A stretch of 63,296 nucleotides of DNA, the filler included, from Octopus bimaculoides (lineage: Eukaryota): assembly GCF_001194135.2 (NCBI RefSeq). It is 5 parts of 5 records of this genome, joined end to end, with 100 filler letters (N's around TTAATTAATTAA, not from the genome) between each part and the next. Parts side by side here need not be neighbours in the genome. Positions count along the whole stretch, not along the records: positions 19,379 to 33,143 come from NC_068983.1; positions 33,244 to 50,371 come from NC_068998.1; 3 more parts are not named here. One strand, given 5' to 3'. Every line of letters begins with the position of its first letter. Positions within the stretch are counted from its first letter, which is position 1. The notes beneath the pieces are model-generated. The model had not been told where the DNA came from and did not search any database. It was given only the letters and a program-made list of their open reading frames with translations. A program made the position numbers and the translations under genes. Positions 25,670-38,125 of this stretch are shown here, one piece after another.

Positions 25670-26200
25670 AAAAGAAAGAAAAATGGCGGTTTGATGTGAG
25701 ATCCAGAGAAGATTTAGTAGACGTCGGCCATGTTTGATTAGCAAGCTAACATCAATGCCCTATCGGCCATTTATCTGAGTTTGCGACTAGTGCTTTTACA
25801 CGCCCTCATCTACATCACTGTCATATCATCTGGAACATGCATACAATTGAATTCGTGCCGCCGTCAGAGATTGTAAACGTCATTCGGTTGCCATCCCTGT
25901 AGAACGTGTCATAAAACTACAGCGCCACACTCGAGACGTATTTCAATTTCGGTAAAAAAAAAAAAAAAAAGTAAGTAAAGAGTAAAGAGATACGCGAAAA
26001 GCAGCCAGCAGAAGTAGCTGGGGCGGAGTGTAGAGGTCAAGAGTAATAGATGGGAGAAAATAGTGACCCAACTGACATATGACATGTACTTTTACTTGAT
26101 GGGAGTTTATTACTCGCTCCAGTTTGATTTCCATACGATATTATGTCGGACATCTTATTATTATGGTAAGCAACTGCTGGATTCTTTTGGAAAGACAGCA
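25670..26200. promoter_or_regulatory. CpG-retaining unique sequence with YY1-like motifs; possible promoter or conserved non-coding element
   Basis: aaaatggcgg at ~25680 (+) and aaacatggccg at ~25725-25735 (-), and gggcggag at ~26021. It has many CpGs, is non-repetitive and has no long ORF. Confidence 0.25.
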
Positions 26201-26448
26201 GTTCATAGGGAAAAAGTGAGAACAAACTGTTAATCTTTCAAACGAGGAAAAATACCAAAAAAATAATAAAAGAATGAAAAGTAAAACATCTATAATAAGC
26301 GAGAAGAAAATGAATGAACATATAAATAAATAAATAAACAAAAAAGAAACAGAAAAATGTTGTTCAGTGACAGAACATTGGCTTGAGCTGTAAAAGAACA
26401 GTTGCGGAAAAATGCTGTGAGACGGAGAGACACGAAAGAGAGGGAGAC

Positions 26449-26490
<42 letters not shown>

Positions 26491-27489
26491 GGGGAACAGT
26501 ATGAGAAAAAAAGGTAAAAATGCATGCATGCATCTTTGTATGTGAACGTATGTAAATGCCAGAATTTACTCATCCCTCTCTCTCTCTCTCTCTCTCTCTG
26601 TATATATATATATATATGTATATANNNNNNNNNNNNNNNNNNNNNNNNNNNNNNNNNNNNNNNNNNNNNNNNNNNNNNNNNNNNNNNNNNNNNNNNNNNN
26701 NNNNNNNNNNNNNNNNNNNNNNNNNNNNNNNNNNNNNNNNNNNNNNNNNNNNNNNNNNNNNNNNNNNNNNNNNNNNNNNNNNNNNNNNNNNNNNNNNNNN
26801 NNNNNNNNNNNNNNNNNNNNNNNNNNNNNNNNNNNNNNNNNNNNNNNNNNNNNNNNNNNNNNNNNNNNNNNNNNNNNNNNNNNNNNNNNNNNNNNNNNNN
26901 NNNNNNNNNNNNNNNNNNNNNNNNNNNNNNNNNNNNNNNNNNNNNNNNNNNNNNNNNNNNNNNNNNNNNNNNNNNNNNNNNNNNNNNNNNNNNNNNNNNN
27001 NNNNNNNNNNNNNNNNNNNNNNNNNNNNNNNNNNNNNNNNNNNNNNNNNNNNNNNNNNNNNNNNNNNNNNNNNNNNNNNNNNNNNNNNNNNNNNNNNNNN
27101 NNNNNNNNNNNNNNNNNNNNNNNNNNNNNNNNNNNNNNNNNNNNNNNNNNNNNNNNNNNNNNNNNNNNNNNNNNNNNNNNNNNNNNNNNNNNNNNNNNNN
27201 NNNNNNNNNNNNNNNNNNNNNNNNNNNNNNNNNNNNNNNNNNNNNNNNNNNNNNNNNNNNNNNNNNNNNNNNNNNNNNNNNNNNNNNNNNNNNNNNNNNN
27301 NNNNNNNNNNNNNNNNNNNNNNNNNNNNNNNNNNNNNNNNNNNNNNNNNNNNNNNNNNNNNNNNNNNNNNNNNNNNNNNNNNNNNNNNNNNNNNNNNNNN
27401 NNNNNNNNNNNNNNNNNNNNNNNNNNNNNNNNNTAGCATTAACATTTTTTTGTAAGATCTTACACAACAAAATACAAAACGTTTAGAAC

Positions 27490-27785
27490 GTAGTGAGTTC
27501 GAGTCCCGGACCGGGCTATGCGTTGTGGTATGCGTTGAGTAAGACAGTTTATTTCACGTTACTCCAGTTCACTCAGATGTAGAAATGAGTCGCAGTATCA
27601 CTGGTATCAAGATGTATCAGCCTTTGCCTTTCTCTTGGATAATATCAGAGACGGATCGAGGAGAGGCTGGTATGCATGGCAACTGATGGTCTTCCATAAA
27701 CAATCTTGCCCGGACTTGTGCATTGGAGGGAAACTTTCTAGGTGCAATCCCATGGTCATTCAAGACCGAAGAGGGTCTTTACCCT
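27490..27785 (+). mobile_element. tRNA-headed SINE
   Basis: gtgagttcgagtcccggaccgggc B-box-like head, followed by tttatttcacgttactccagttcactcag as in 47455-47680 and the reverse complement of 5182-5428. Confidence 0.7.
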
Positions 27786-28379
27786 TCTTAGGTTTTCTCT
27801 ATACATATCGAGTTAATGAGGAAACTTTAATGAGGTCGGTCAACCCGCTAAATACAGCTAAGTCTCTCTGAATTCACAGCCTACTTTTATGATTAATATA
27901 AAAAGCATTGGATAATGTGGTTATTTGAGAGGGAACTATAGCTGCTGCTGCTGCTGTTGCTTATAGCTGCTTACGAAGAAAGAAACTAAGAGAGAGAGAG
28001 AGAAAGGTAGAAAGAGAGAGAGAGAGAGAGAGAGAGAGCGCAAGAGCGTTTACTATGAGATGACAAGAGAGGGTGAATGAATATTATTCTTAAGGAGAGA
28101 AAACCGCTTCTAGGTTTATATTGTATCTTTTTTTTTTCTTATCTTGAGCGGTCTTTTTCCTATGAGTGAAAGGGCATATAGTGTCCATTTATTAGGTATT
28201 CCTGTAATTGTAGTAGTTGTAGATAACGCTATTTCGTCCTTATTCTGGGTTCGCCAGCACAACATAACTTAAGGAGTTGAAATTAGTTGGTCTTATGTAT
28301 TCCTTATTTTATTTTCAAAGCATGAAAATAAAATGGCGTATGGACATAGCTGAAATTTGTAACTCTGGTGTTATCCAAG

Positions 28380-28620
28380 AGAGTAGGCTGTCAGGGTTTT
28401 GTGAGGGCGTTCATTCTGTAAAAGAAATGGACATATATTCAATCATCGAAGCTTCAGAGAAAGCCAGTAAGTGGTTTTCGGTAAAGAGGCTAAATCAGTG
28501 GTTTTCTGCTACTGGGACGCAATTTGGGACTTGATCAATCCTGAGGATCTGATGTTGAAAGATTCTTAAGCCTTAAGAGTCCAGAAACGTCATTGATGGT
28601 GCATCCTAGAACACCTGTGA
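28380..28620 (+). mobile_element. Possible 3' end of a HERO/R2-like RLE retrotransposon
   Basis: IIEASEKASKWFSVKR..W resembles the C-terminal AAE.AS.WLW..R motif, followed by a ctgatgttgaaaga-type 3' UTR. Confidence 0.35.
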
Positions 28621-28904
28621 TATGTATCCTGGAACTAAAACCATATAGCTAGAAAATAAAATGGTTTTATAATCATCGCTTGAATGGCTACAGTCATGTC
28701 ATAATTCTTTGAAATTAGGACGGCCTGGGGTTAAAAGACAACAAACATTAAAGGGCAGCAAAATCTGTTTATAACGACCAGGATCTGCGATTCGGTTGCC
28801 ATTTGCGATTTTAGTTATTTTATTTCAGTTAGTTAAAATGTCTTAAAATATGCTATTAACACGACGCAATCTCATTTCCTCCTCTCTGTAATCATTGTAT
28901 CTTA

Positions 28905-29041
28905 AACCGTACAGGATTGTTGGGACTGTATTCAGTTGAAAGTACACAAGCATACAAGCTCTTGTTACGTTTCCCTAGACACTTTTGTGTATGTGGGCGT
29001 ATTCATATACACATACATACATGCATTCATACATACATACA

Positions 29042-29073
<32 letters not shown>

Positions 29074-29220
29074 CATACATTCATACATTCATACATACAA
29101 ACAAAAATACCCTGTTGTTGATGTGGAAATTCCCATGAAGAAGCCTTAAATCTAGATTAGAAACCGGCTCTTTGTCTGCTGGCAAGAAATCTTGAAATAA
29201 AATTGAACAATGACATACAT
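28905..29220 (-). mobile_element. Decayed SINE-like repeat with an internal (CATA)n microsatellite
   Basis: Head-like segment at 28905-29000, then (CATA)n, then a unique tail ending in tgacatacat. Confidence 0.4.
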
Positions 29221-29519
29221 ACATACATATGTTTTTGCAAAAAATAGTTATAAACTATTTAATTTTTTTTTTCTTTTGAAAATCAGGACACGAATTTTTT
29301 GGAAGGAAGTTTTCGTATTGTGTGTAAGCGCTTTCATTGTTCAACCTTTCAAGCACACGTGTCATGAGCCAATCCATATAGAGGAAATTATTTTTACTAA
29401 TGGTGTTGACTACTTCCAGTTTAGTTTCGGATTTAGAATTTTTATAAAACATTCTCATATTGCATTTTGTTCTTTTATTTTGAAAAAAACCCCAAAATAT
29501 TTAAAATGTTCCATTTATA

Positions 29520-29900
29520 CAAATATCTAGATGTTCACAACATAGAACATTTCTTAGGTATGTATCTTTAATTTGCTAACTGTCTCTGACATTGCTGGTA
29601 AATTTTCCTGTTTGTCCTATGTATTTCTCACCACATTGTGAACATGTGATGCTGTAGATGAGATTTTAATTTACTTTGTATTCATGTTTTCATTCTCCTT
29701 CATTTCTTTCCCAGTCATGAGTATTTTGGTTGTTCCTTGTTCAATTATTTCACACATACATCAACGAGGGTCTTAACAGTTTATTACCTGATTTATTTCT
29801 AGGAGTCATTTGATATTTCGTGGTTGGCTTCAGCTGTTGATAATATGTGATTCTTTAATTATTTGTCGGAATTACGATGACTGATATAGAATTTGAAAGA
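29520..29900 (-). mobile_element. Penelope-like GIY-YIG endonuclease fragment
   Basis: Minus-strand NLIYSITCSQCGEKYIGQTG matches the PLE motif IY.I.C..C...YIGQT. Confidence 0.6.
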
Positions 29901-29993
29901 TATCATTTGGCCGATGATTTCAAGGATTATTGGTGACTATAAATAGAATACACACACACACACATACACATACACACACATATATGCATAAAT

Positions 29994-30041
<48 letters not shown>

Positions 30042-30044
30042 ATT

Positions 30045-30196
30045 ATGCGCCCTTTTAAAGCTTAGCCAGGCTCATGGGCCCGGTTTCCCGGTTTCTATGG
30101 CGTATGTGTTCCTCCCAGCTGGACGGGACGCCAGTCCATCGCAGCGTTACTCAAGAAACAGGAAGAAAGAGTGACAGAAAGTTGTGGCGAAAGAGT
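30045..30196 (-). mobile_element. SINE tail fragment running into a gap
   Basis: tgcgcccttttaaagc.tagccaggctcatg..cccggtttcccggtttc is near-identical to 5182-5270. Confidence 0.8.
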
Positions 30197-31141
30197 NNNN
30201 NNNNNNNNNNNNNNNNNNNNNNNNNNNNNNNNNNNNNNNNNNNNNNNNNNNNNNNNNNNNNNNNNNNNNNNNNNNNNNNNNNNNNNNNNNNNNNNNNNNN
30301 NNNNNNNNNNNNNNNNNNNNNNNNNNNNNNNNNNNNNNNNNNNNNNNNNNNNNNNNNNNNNNNNNNNNNNNNNNNNNNNNNNNNNNNNNNNNNNNNNNNN
30401 NNNNNNNNNNNNNNNNNNNNNNNNNNNNNNNNNNNNNNNNNNNNNNNNNNNNNNNNNNNNNNNNNNNNNNNNNNNNNNNNNNNNNNNNNNNNNNNNNNNN
30501 NNNNNNNNNNNNNNNNNNNNNNNNNNNNNNNNNNNNNNNNNNNNNNNNNNNNNNNNNNNNNNNNNNNNNNNNNNNNNNNNNNNNNNNNNNNNNNNNNNNN
30601 NNNNNNNNNNNNNNNNNNNNNNNNNNNNNNNNNNNNNNNNNNNNNNNNNNNNNNNNNNNNNNNNNNNNNNNNNNNNNNNNNNNNNNNNNNNNNNNNNNNN
30701 NNNNNNNNNNNNNNNNNNNNNNNNNNNNNNNNNNNNNNNNNNNNNNNNNNNNNNNNNNNNNNNNNNNNNNNNNNNNNNNNNNNNNNNNNNNNNNNNNNNN
30801 NNNNNNNNNNNNNNNNNNNNNNNNNNNNNNNNNNNNNNNNNNNNNNNNNNNNNNNNNNNNNNNNNNNNNNNNNNNNNNNNNNNNNNNNNNNNNNNNNNNN
30901 NNNNNNNNNNNNNNNNNNNNNNNNNNNNNNNNNNNNNNNNNNNNNNNNNNNNNNNNNNNNNNNNNNNNNNNNNNNNNNNNNNNNNNNNNNNNNNNNNNNN
31001 NNNNNNNNNNNNNNNNNNNNNNNNNNNNNNNNNNNNNNNNNNNNNNNNNNNNNNNNNNNNNNNNNNNNNNNNNNNNNNNNNNNNNNNNNNNNNNNNNNNN
31101 NNNNNNNNNNNNNNNNNNNNNNNNNNNNNNNNNNNNNNNNN

Positions 31142-31183
<42 letters not shown>

Positions 31184-32799
31184 CACACATGTATATATAT
31201 ATATAATGTCACAGTCATTATGAGTACTTCACCGTAAATCAGAGAATGGTATCACTTTTCCTTTGGTTATGACATGATTTATAAAGTTTTGAGGGTATTT
31301 TTTGTTTCTGAAGTAAAATATTTAGTTCTACCAGTCCTTTCTCTCATTTATTTGTTTGTGACTGTAATCCTTGAGTACATACATTTTGCCATATATATTT
31401 ATATATATGCGCATACACACAATGGACATCTATCAATTCCGTCAACCAAAACTATTCACAAGACTTTGGTAATCCTGGAGCTGTAGAAAACATTCAGCCT
31501 GAGCGAAACGCAGTGGGACGGAATCTGGAATGATATGGATGGAAGTAAACTTCTTACCACTCAGCCACGCCTGCAGTAATACTTTTTTAAAAGCAATTTT
31601 AATAGGCATACCAGAAAATTTGGTTCTATTGCTACATGTAATGAGGATGAAGGTTGATGAGATTCTGTCTGGTGTATGTGTGGAAGTACAAAAATTAAGT
31701 TGAACAAACATGTTATAAATAATTATGGGCGGTTATTAACACCATATTTTTGGCATTTCACATATAGATAAGCACACACACACATACACACACATATACA
31801 CACATATATATACATGCATATATATATGTACATGTATGTATATANNNNNNNNNNNNNNNNNNNNNNNNNNNNNNNNNNNNNNNNNNNNNNNNNNNNNNNN
31901 NNNNNNNNNNNNNNNNNNNNNNNNNNNNNNNNNNNNNNNNNNNNNNNNNNNNNNNNNNNNNNNNNNNNNNNNNNNNNNNNNNNNNNNNNNNNNNNNNNNN
32001 NNNNNNNNNNNNNNNNNNNNNNNNNNNNNNNNNNNNNNNNNNNNNNNNNNNNNNNNNNNNNNNNNNNNNNNNNNNNNNNNNNNNNNNNNNNNNNNNNNNN
32101 NNNNNNNNNNNNNNNNNNNNNNNNNNNNNNNNNNNNNNNNNNNNNNNNNNNNNNNNNNNNNNNNNNNNNNNNNNNNNNNNNNNNNNNNNNNNNNNNNNNN
32201 NNNNNNNNNNNNNNNNNNNNNNNNNNNNNNNNNNNNNNNNNNNNNNNNNNNNNNNNNNNNNNNNNNNNNNNNNNNNNNNNNNNNNNNNNNNNNNNNNNNN
32301 NNNNNNNNNNNNNNNNNNNNNNNNNNNNNNNNNNNNNNNNNNNNNNNNNNNNNNNNNNNNNNNNNNNNNNNNNNNNNNNNNNNNNNNNNNNNNNNNNNNN
32401 NNNNNNNNNNNNNNNNNNNNNNNNNNNNNNNNNNNNNNNNNNNNNNNNNNNNNNNNNNNNNNNNNNNNNNNNNNNNNNNNNNNNNNNNNNNNNNNNNNNN
32501 NNNNNNNNNNNNNNNNNNNNNNNNNNNNNNNNNNNNNNNNNNNNNNNNNNNNNNNNNNNNNNNNNNNNNNNNNNNNNNNNNNNNNNNNNNNNNNNNNNNN
32601 NNNNNNNNNNNNNNNNNNNNNNNNNNNNNNNNNNNNNNNNNNNNNNNNNNNNNNNNNNNNNNNNNNNNNNNNNNNNNNNNNNNNNNNNNNNNNNNNNNNN
32701 NNNNNNNNNNNNNNNNNNNNNNNNNNNNNNNNNNNNNNNNNNNTATATATATATATATATATATGTATATAAATATATATATATATACATATGATAATA

Positions 32800-32838
<39 letters not shown>

Positions 32839-33086
32839 TATATATATAAGGGATTATACATATTTTGCCGAAGCGCTAATTTGCGGGGGCATTAACGAAC
32901 AAGCACTTGTTGACAAGTAGTAGAGACAAAGACGATACGAAGACACACACATTGCAACCATGTAATTTAGAATTCAGTCCCACAGTGTTTTATGTTGGGC
33001 GAATGTCTTTTATTATAATAACAGATTGACATGACCGATGCCTTTTGAATGAATTTCGTCAAAAGATACTGTGCGGAAGCCGGTTG

Positions 33087-33143
<57 letters not shown>

Positions 33144-33558
33144 NNNNNNNNNNNNNNNNNNNNNNNNNNNNNNNNNNNNNNNNNNNNTTAATTAATTAAN
33201 NNNNNNNNNNNNNNNNNNNNNNNNNNNNNNNNNNNNNNNNNNNATATATATAAGATATATACATATGCATATATATATATATATGCATACACATGCATCT
33301 ATGGGTACAGGACGTCACCAACAGTAAACAACATGAAATACAAAAACAAATTAGTTGAATACGCAAAGAACGAGAAAAACAAATGGAAAACAGAACAAGT
33401 AACATAAAGAACGACCCTTCATCAGTTGTCAGCTGTCTATTATTTATATTATTATTTCAGTGAATGCTACACATCCATTTCCAAGTAAATTGATATATAC
33501 ATATGATATATATATATATATATGTGTGTATGTATATATTTTAAGGAAACAGAAAATA

Positions 33559-33636
33559 GAGAAGTACTGATGAACAACAATTGATTTACGTCAGTTATTA
33601 TTTATGTAAGTCAATTGTTGTTCATCAGTACTTCTC
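33559..33636. repeat. 78-nt hairpin with a 33-bp stem and 12-nt loop
   Basis: 33559-33591 pairs with 33604-33636. Pairing is complete on the + strand with two G-U wobbles. Confidence 0.85.
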
Positions 33637-33770
33637 CACTTACCAGGCTTTGGTCAGCCCAAGGCTATATAGTAGAAGACACTTGCTCAAAGTGCCATGC
33701 AGTGGGACTGAACCCGGAACCATGTGATTGGGAAGCAAGCTTCTTACCATACAGCCACTCCAGTTTCTGC
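33637..33770 (-). mobile_element. 5' part of a tRNA-headed SINE supplying the ORF stop codon
   Basis: gagtggctgtatggtaagaagcttgcttcccaatcacatggttccgggttcagtcccactg matches the head of 46275-46645. Confidence 0.85.
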
Positions 33771-34300
33771 TTCTGCCTGAGGCTATTGTACCTACTATTT
33801 CTTTTGTTGGAAGTCTTCTGTTTTGCTCTGAAGTTTTTTCCTTTTCTTTTACTCTCGCTCTTCCTGGGTTTTGTTTTGTCATTTATAAAATTTTGTTTTC
33901 TTCCTTTTTCAACACTCTCAACTCTTTGGCTGTCTACCACTGTGGGGACAGGGCCAGTGTCAGTGTTTCCTTCACTTGCAGGACTCTCATTCATGGCTCT
34001 GGCTTTGTTCTTTAGAAACTTTCTTGGGCCCAGAAGACTTTTCTTATCTTTGTCATCCCTGCTGCAAACAGTTCCCAGAATGCCATCCAGAATGTCAATG
34101 TGCGATCTAATGAGAGCATAGGAATGAAAAAAATTTGTATCCCTCTGCTCTATCTGCGCCATGGTTCTGGTGAAACCATTACTCTTTAGTGCTTCCATGA
34201 TGATGTTGTTTGCGGGATCTTTGTTGGCAATTTTCCAAGTTTGTAGAAATAATTGCAGCTTCTTGGTTCTCCAATTTCATGACATCTTTACTGTATATAC
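33665..34300 (-). pseudogene. Terminal exon encoding the C-terminal half of a death-fold-like domain plus a basic tail, with a premature TGA
   Basis: Acceptor ccccttctttctAG at 34302-34301. Frame VYTVKMS*NWRTKKLQLFLQTWKIANKDPANNIIMEALKSNGFTRTMAQIEQ...KQKLE then runs into a SINE. QLFLQTWK....N.I.EAL...G...AQIE resembles death-domain helices 4-6. Confidence 0.5.
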
Positions 34301-34510
34301 CTAGAAAGAAGGGGAGATTTTATAAGTATATATGTGCAGATATGCATGTGTATGTATATCTATACATACATATATATATATATATATATAGATGCACGTT
34401 TACCAATTCGTTTTGCAAGGTTCCTGTGGAATCGTGTGTTGAAACAGATATTGTTGTATTTCAGCTCATATTATTTATTATTATTATTGTTTTTTGTTAA
34501 ATAATCACAC

Positions 34511-34546
<36 letters not shown>

Positions 34547-34962
34547 TCACTCGTTTATTACTGTTATTTTAATGCCTATCCATTGTCCAGAAATCTTTCC
34601 TCACACATCTGTGACCTCTTCAGTGACATTTTTCGTTTCCATGTGTATTCTTGCTCCACTTACTCCATATATACCCTATTATTAAAGCTTCAAATCTTAA
34701 TCACAGCTGTCTGACGAATGGGAACGTGAAACTCTGAGCAGCAGTTTTTTGTGATATTTTTGTGATGTTTTTGAAGCTTTCATAATAAAGCATATTCCTC
34801 TACCTCTGGTATTCGAGTACTATTTTTTCCACCTTGTTTCACATTTATATGCTTACTCTAGCATATATATATATATATATATATAAAAAGATAGATAGAT
34901 GTGTGCATGGGTGTGTATACTTGTGCACATATGTGTGTGTAGATATATATATATATATATAT

Positions 34963-35154
34963 ATGAATTGTAAATGCAAAAAATAAAAACAAAAACACAA
35001 AGGATTATGCGGTACACGTGTTTCAAACTTTATATCAGTGTATAATTGACAATATAGCTTTATATTGTCAATTATACACTGATATAAAGCTTGAAACACG
35101 TGTACCGCAGAATCCTTTGTGTTTTTGTTTTTATTTTTTGCATTTACAATTCAT
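34963..35154. repeat. 192-bp palindrome (94-bp arms, 2 mismatches, 4-nt loop)
   Basis: 34963-35056 versus the reverse complement of 35061-35154; loop gctt. Confidence 0.9.
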
Positions 35155-37169
35155 TCATTCACCTCAACCACGAGCTGGCATACACAGGTGTTTACAATTG
35201 TCAAGTATTGCCTCTAACTTTTACTTTACCTATATATATATATATATAAGTGATTTAATCATGATTTTATCATCTCTTCATCCAAGATCAAGAAGAACAC
35301 CAATGTTCCATGCAATAGGTTTGAAACTTTTTAAGCGATAAAACTATCTGAATATGAAACTAATTGTAGCCTTGTTAACCCACAAATAGAAAATATTTAT
35401 CCACCAATGCAGTGTTGAGCATTCATTCTCACTGTCCAATATTCAGACACTCACATATGGGTGAGTGTGGGTTGTAGGAACCAAACTTTCTGAACTTAAT
35501 TTGTGAAGTACAATATAAATATATTATAGAAATAAGACAGATTATGTTTATACTGTAGAAATCTTTATATTATACTTGCAGTTAAGTAGAATTTAGTCTC
35601 TCTTGCAAGATAACCCTTATTGCAATTATAACAATGGTTCTTTACATTGTTGTACAAAATGCAGCTTTTGGAAAATATTAAAATCACAAATTAGATCTAA
35701 AATTTTATTATTTCAAACTATAGATCTATTACATCTTGCTTGTACAAACATTTGATAGTTATGGAAATAGATATTGTATTTTCTGTTTATTTCAATCTGA
35801 CAAATTACTATGGCAGAAGACAAGCAATTTTAGATGATATACAGGCAACCATATTTGACCTCTTAACATAGAGTAATAAATCTTATAAAGGTGACAAAGT
35901 TGAGAAATTCTGCAAAGTTTTCTTACATTCATTTGGGTCTCATGAATTAGATGACATAGCATTTAGTGTAAGGTGAAATACTAAACTGCAAACACATGCA
36001 ACCCACTCCCGCAGGGAAAAAAAGCATGCATTGAAACACGGTCTGTACTGTTGATCATAATGATGTAATCTGCATAAAGAAATAACAAGAAAAATTTTAT
36101 TTATGAGAAGCCTTCCATAAATTAATTTATCATAATTATAGTCAGTTAACCTCGTAATTGTTTGAATGTTTAACTTGTAAATTGGAATTAAAGAAGGACA
36201 TTAACTATGAAATAGATTTTATTTGGAGTTGAAAAATGAAAACCCATAGTCTTAGGATAGGAGTAAAAATAATTATAGTTATTTCATGCTGCCAGCTCCA
36301 CAGTTACAACAACTCTACTTTTATATAAAATACATGTATATGTATTTCAGACTTGTACCAACAGTTCTATGTAAATATCTATTTCCTTAATCTCAATGAT
36401 AATCAACACTGTACATGTCAGATCTATATCTCAGTCAGCACCATACACTCCAGATCTTTGCTCTCTCTGTGATAAACAGAATTGTCTCCAGATTACATAA
36501 TTTATGTATTGTAATTAAATCAATCAATGCCCATATTACTGATTTTGACAATGTACAAAACCCATTTAATATAAAAGAAGAGTATAACAGTGAGAAGAAG
36601 CCAATGTTGTTACTAATATTTTATCTATTCTATCAGATGTGAAATGATTAAAAGCAAAGTAAGCCTTGAAGATATATGGCAAAGTGATATGGTTGTTATG
36701 CTCCTGATCAAAAAGTCAGAAGTTCGGTTTTCAGATTGAGCAAAATGTTATGTCCTTGAGCAAAGCAGTTTATTTATTGTTGCTTCTGCCCTCACAGCTG
36801 CAAAATGAGACCTGTAAAGCCAGGTAGGAGTTAACACTAGTCTGGTACAAAGAGGTCTCCTGACAAGAAGAAAAATTTATTCTAGTCACTTAAACACTAG
36901 GGAAACTGAAACTCTAGCCAAATAGGGTTGGAGGTTTAAGACAGATGTTATTTTTTGTCACCTTATCTTTCATAGGGAGCAAGAGGAACTGTGCTCCTTG
37001 AACTAAACCCTGAAAACATTTTTCAAGTCAGAATGCAAAAAGATGATATCATGTACATTTATTCTCCTATAATTCTACCATAGTACACTTTAGTTAACTA
37101 GTTTGTATTAGCTAACACAATGAAGGCTATGCAGGAGCAACTATTTCCATCGCTGATATTAACAACTAA

Positions 37170-37313
37170 CTATTTCATTATGAGAAACCTATTAATCTTT
37201 AGTATTTCCACGGTGATGTTGCTTGGGGAATCTTCATTAGCAATTTTCCAGGTATACAGAAATAATTGCAGCTCTTTGATTCTCCAATTTCGTGACATCT
37301 TTACTGTATATAC
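37170..37313 (-). pseudogene. Duplicated, truncated paralog of the 34300 death-fold exon
   Basis: Same acceptor context (ctAG at 37315-37314). Frame VYTVKMSRNWRIKELQLFLYTWKIANEDSPSNITVEILKINRFLIMK*. Flanking intron sequence is also duplicated. Confidence 0.55.
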
Positions 37314-38125
37314 CTAGAGAGAGGGAGAAATGGAAAGAGAGAAAAGGGGAGATCATATAAGTATGCACAAGCAGATATGCACGTGTATGTATATCTATAC
37401 AAACACACACACATACTTTATTATTAAAGTTCCAAATCTTAATCACAACTGTCCAACGAATGGGAACAGATAGCTAGCTAGCTAGATAGATAGACAGACA
37501 GATGTGTGCATGGGTGTGTGTACTTATGCATGTATGTGTGTGTATATATATTCCAGTGGAGTGCAATGGTAGTTCAGATTATCTGATAATCATTTATGAT
37601 TCTCAAATGCAAATGTTACTTATTAAAAAACAAAGGTAAATTGTATTACACAACCACATCTTTCAAGCTCAAAGATTAAATGAGCTGAGTGCTACTAGAA
37701 AGATTTGCATTTGTTACCTTCCAGCTAGTAAGTCCAGTAGTGTAATTTCACAACTATTCCTGTAATTGAATGACAAATAATCATATAAATTGATAAAATA
37801 TAGCAGATCATTGTTGATTTTTGTTACCAAACCAAACTTTATCAACAGGTATATGATCAAAGACATTCCAGTTGTGATCATCCCAGCTTTTTAGGGTTAT
37901 GTAAGACTTCATTGTTTATTGTTTTCTTTACATGTTTAAGATGCAAGATGTGATTTAAAGGAGATTTGGTTGCTACTTAATCAGATTCCTTTGTTGGTTT
38001 GTAGTATGAGTAATTATGAGCTGAGATTTAATGAAACTACTTTGAATTAAGCATAGCCATGCAGTACTTGTAGATTTAAATCTGACTCAGTAGAATTATG
38101 ATCAAAAGCATAACTAGTATGACCA

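Noticed and set aside
33419-33425. Additional CTGATGA cores (also 41020-41026 and within the 33559 hairpin)
   Set aside because: No downstream GAAA with closable stems; they cannot be folded as hammerheads from these copies.
35075-35105. ctgatata...gaaacacgtgt in the 192-bp palindrome as a hammerhead
   Set aside because: The core is not CUGANGA, and the cleavage-site position would be G.
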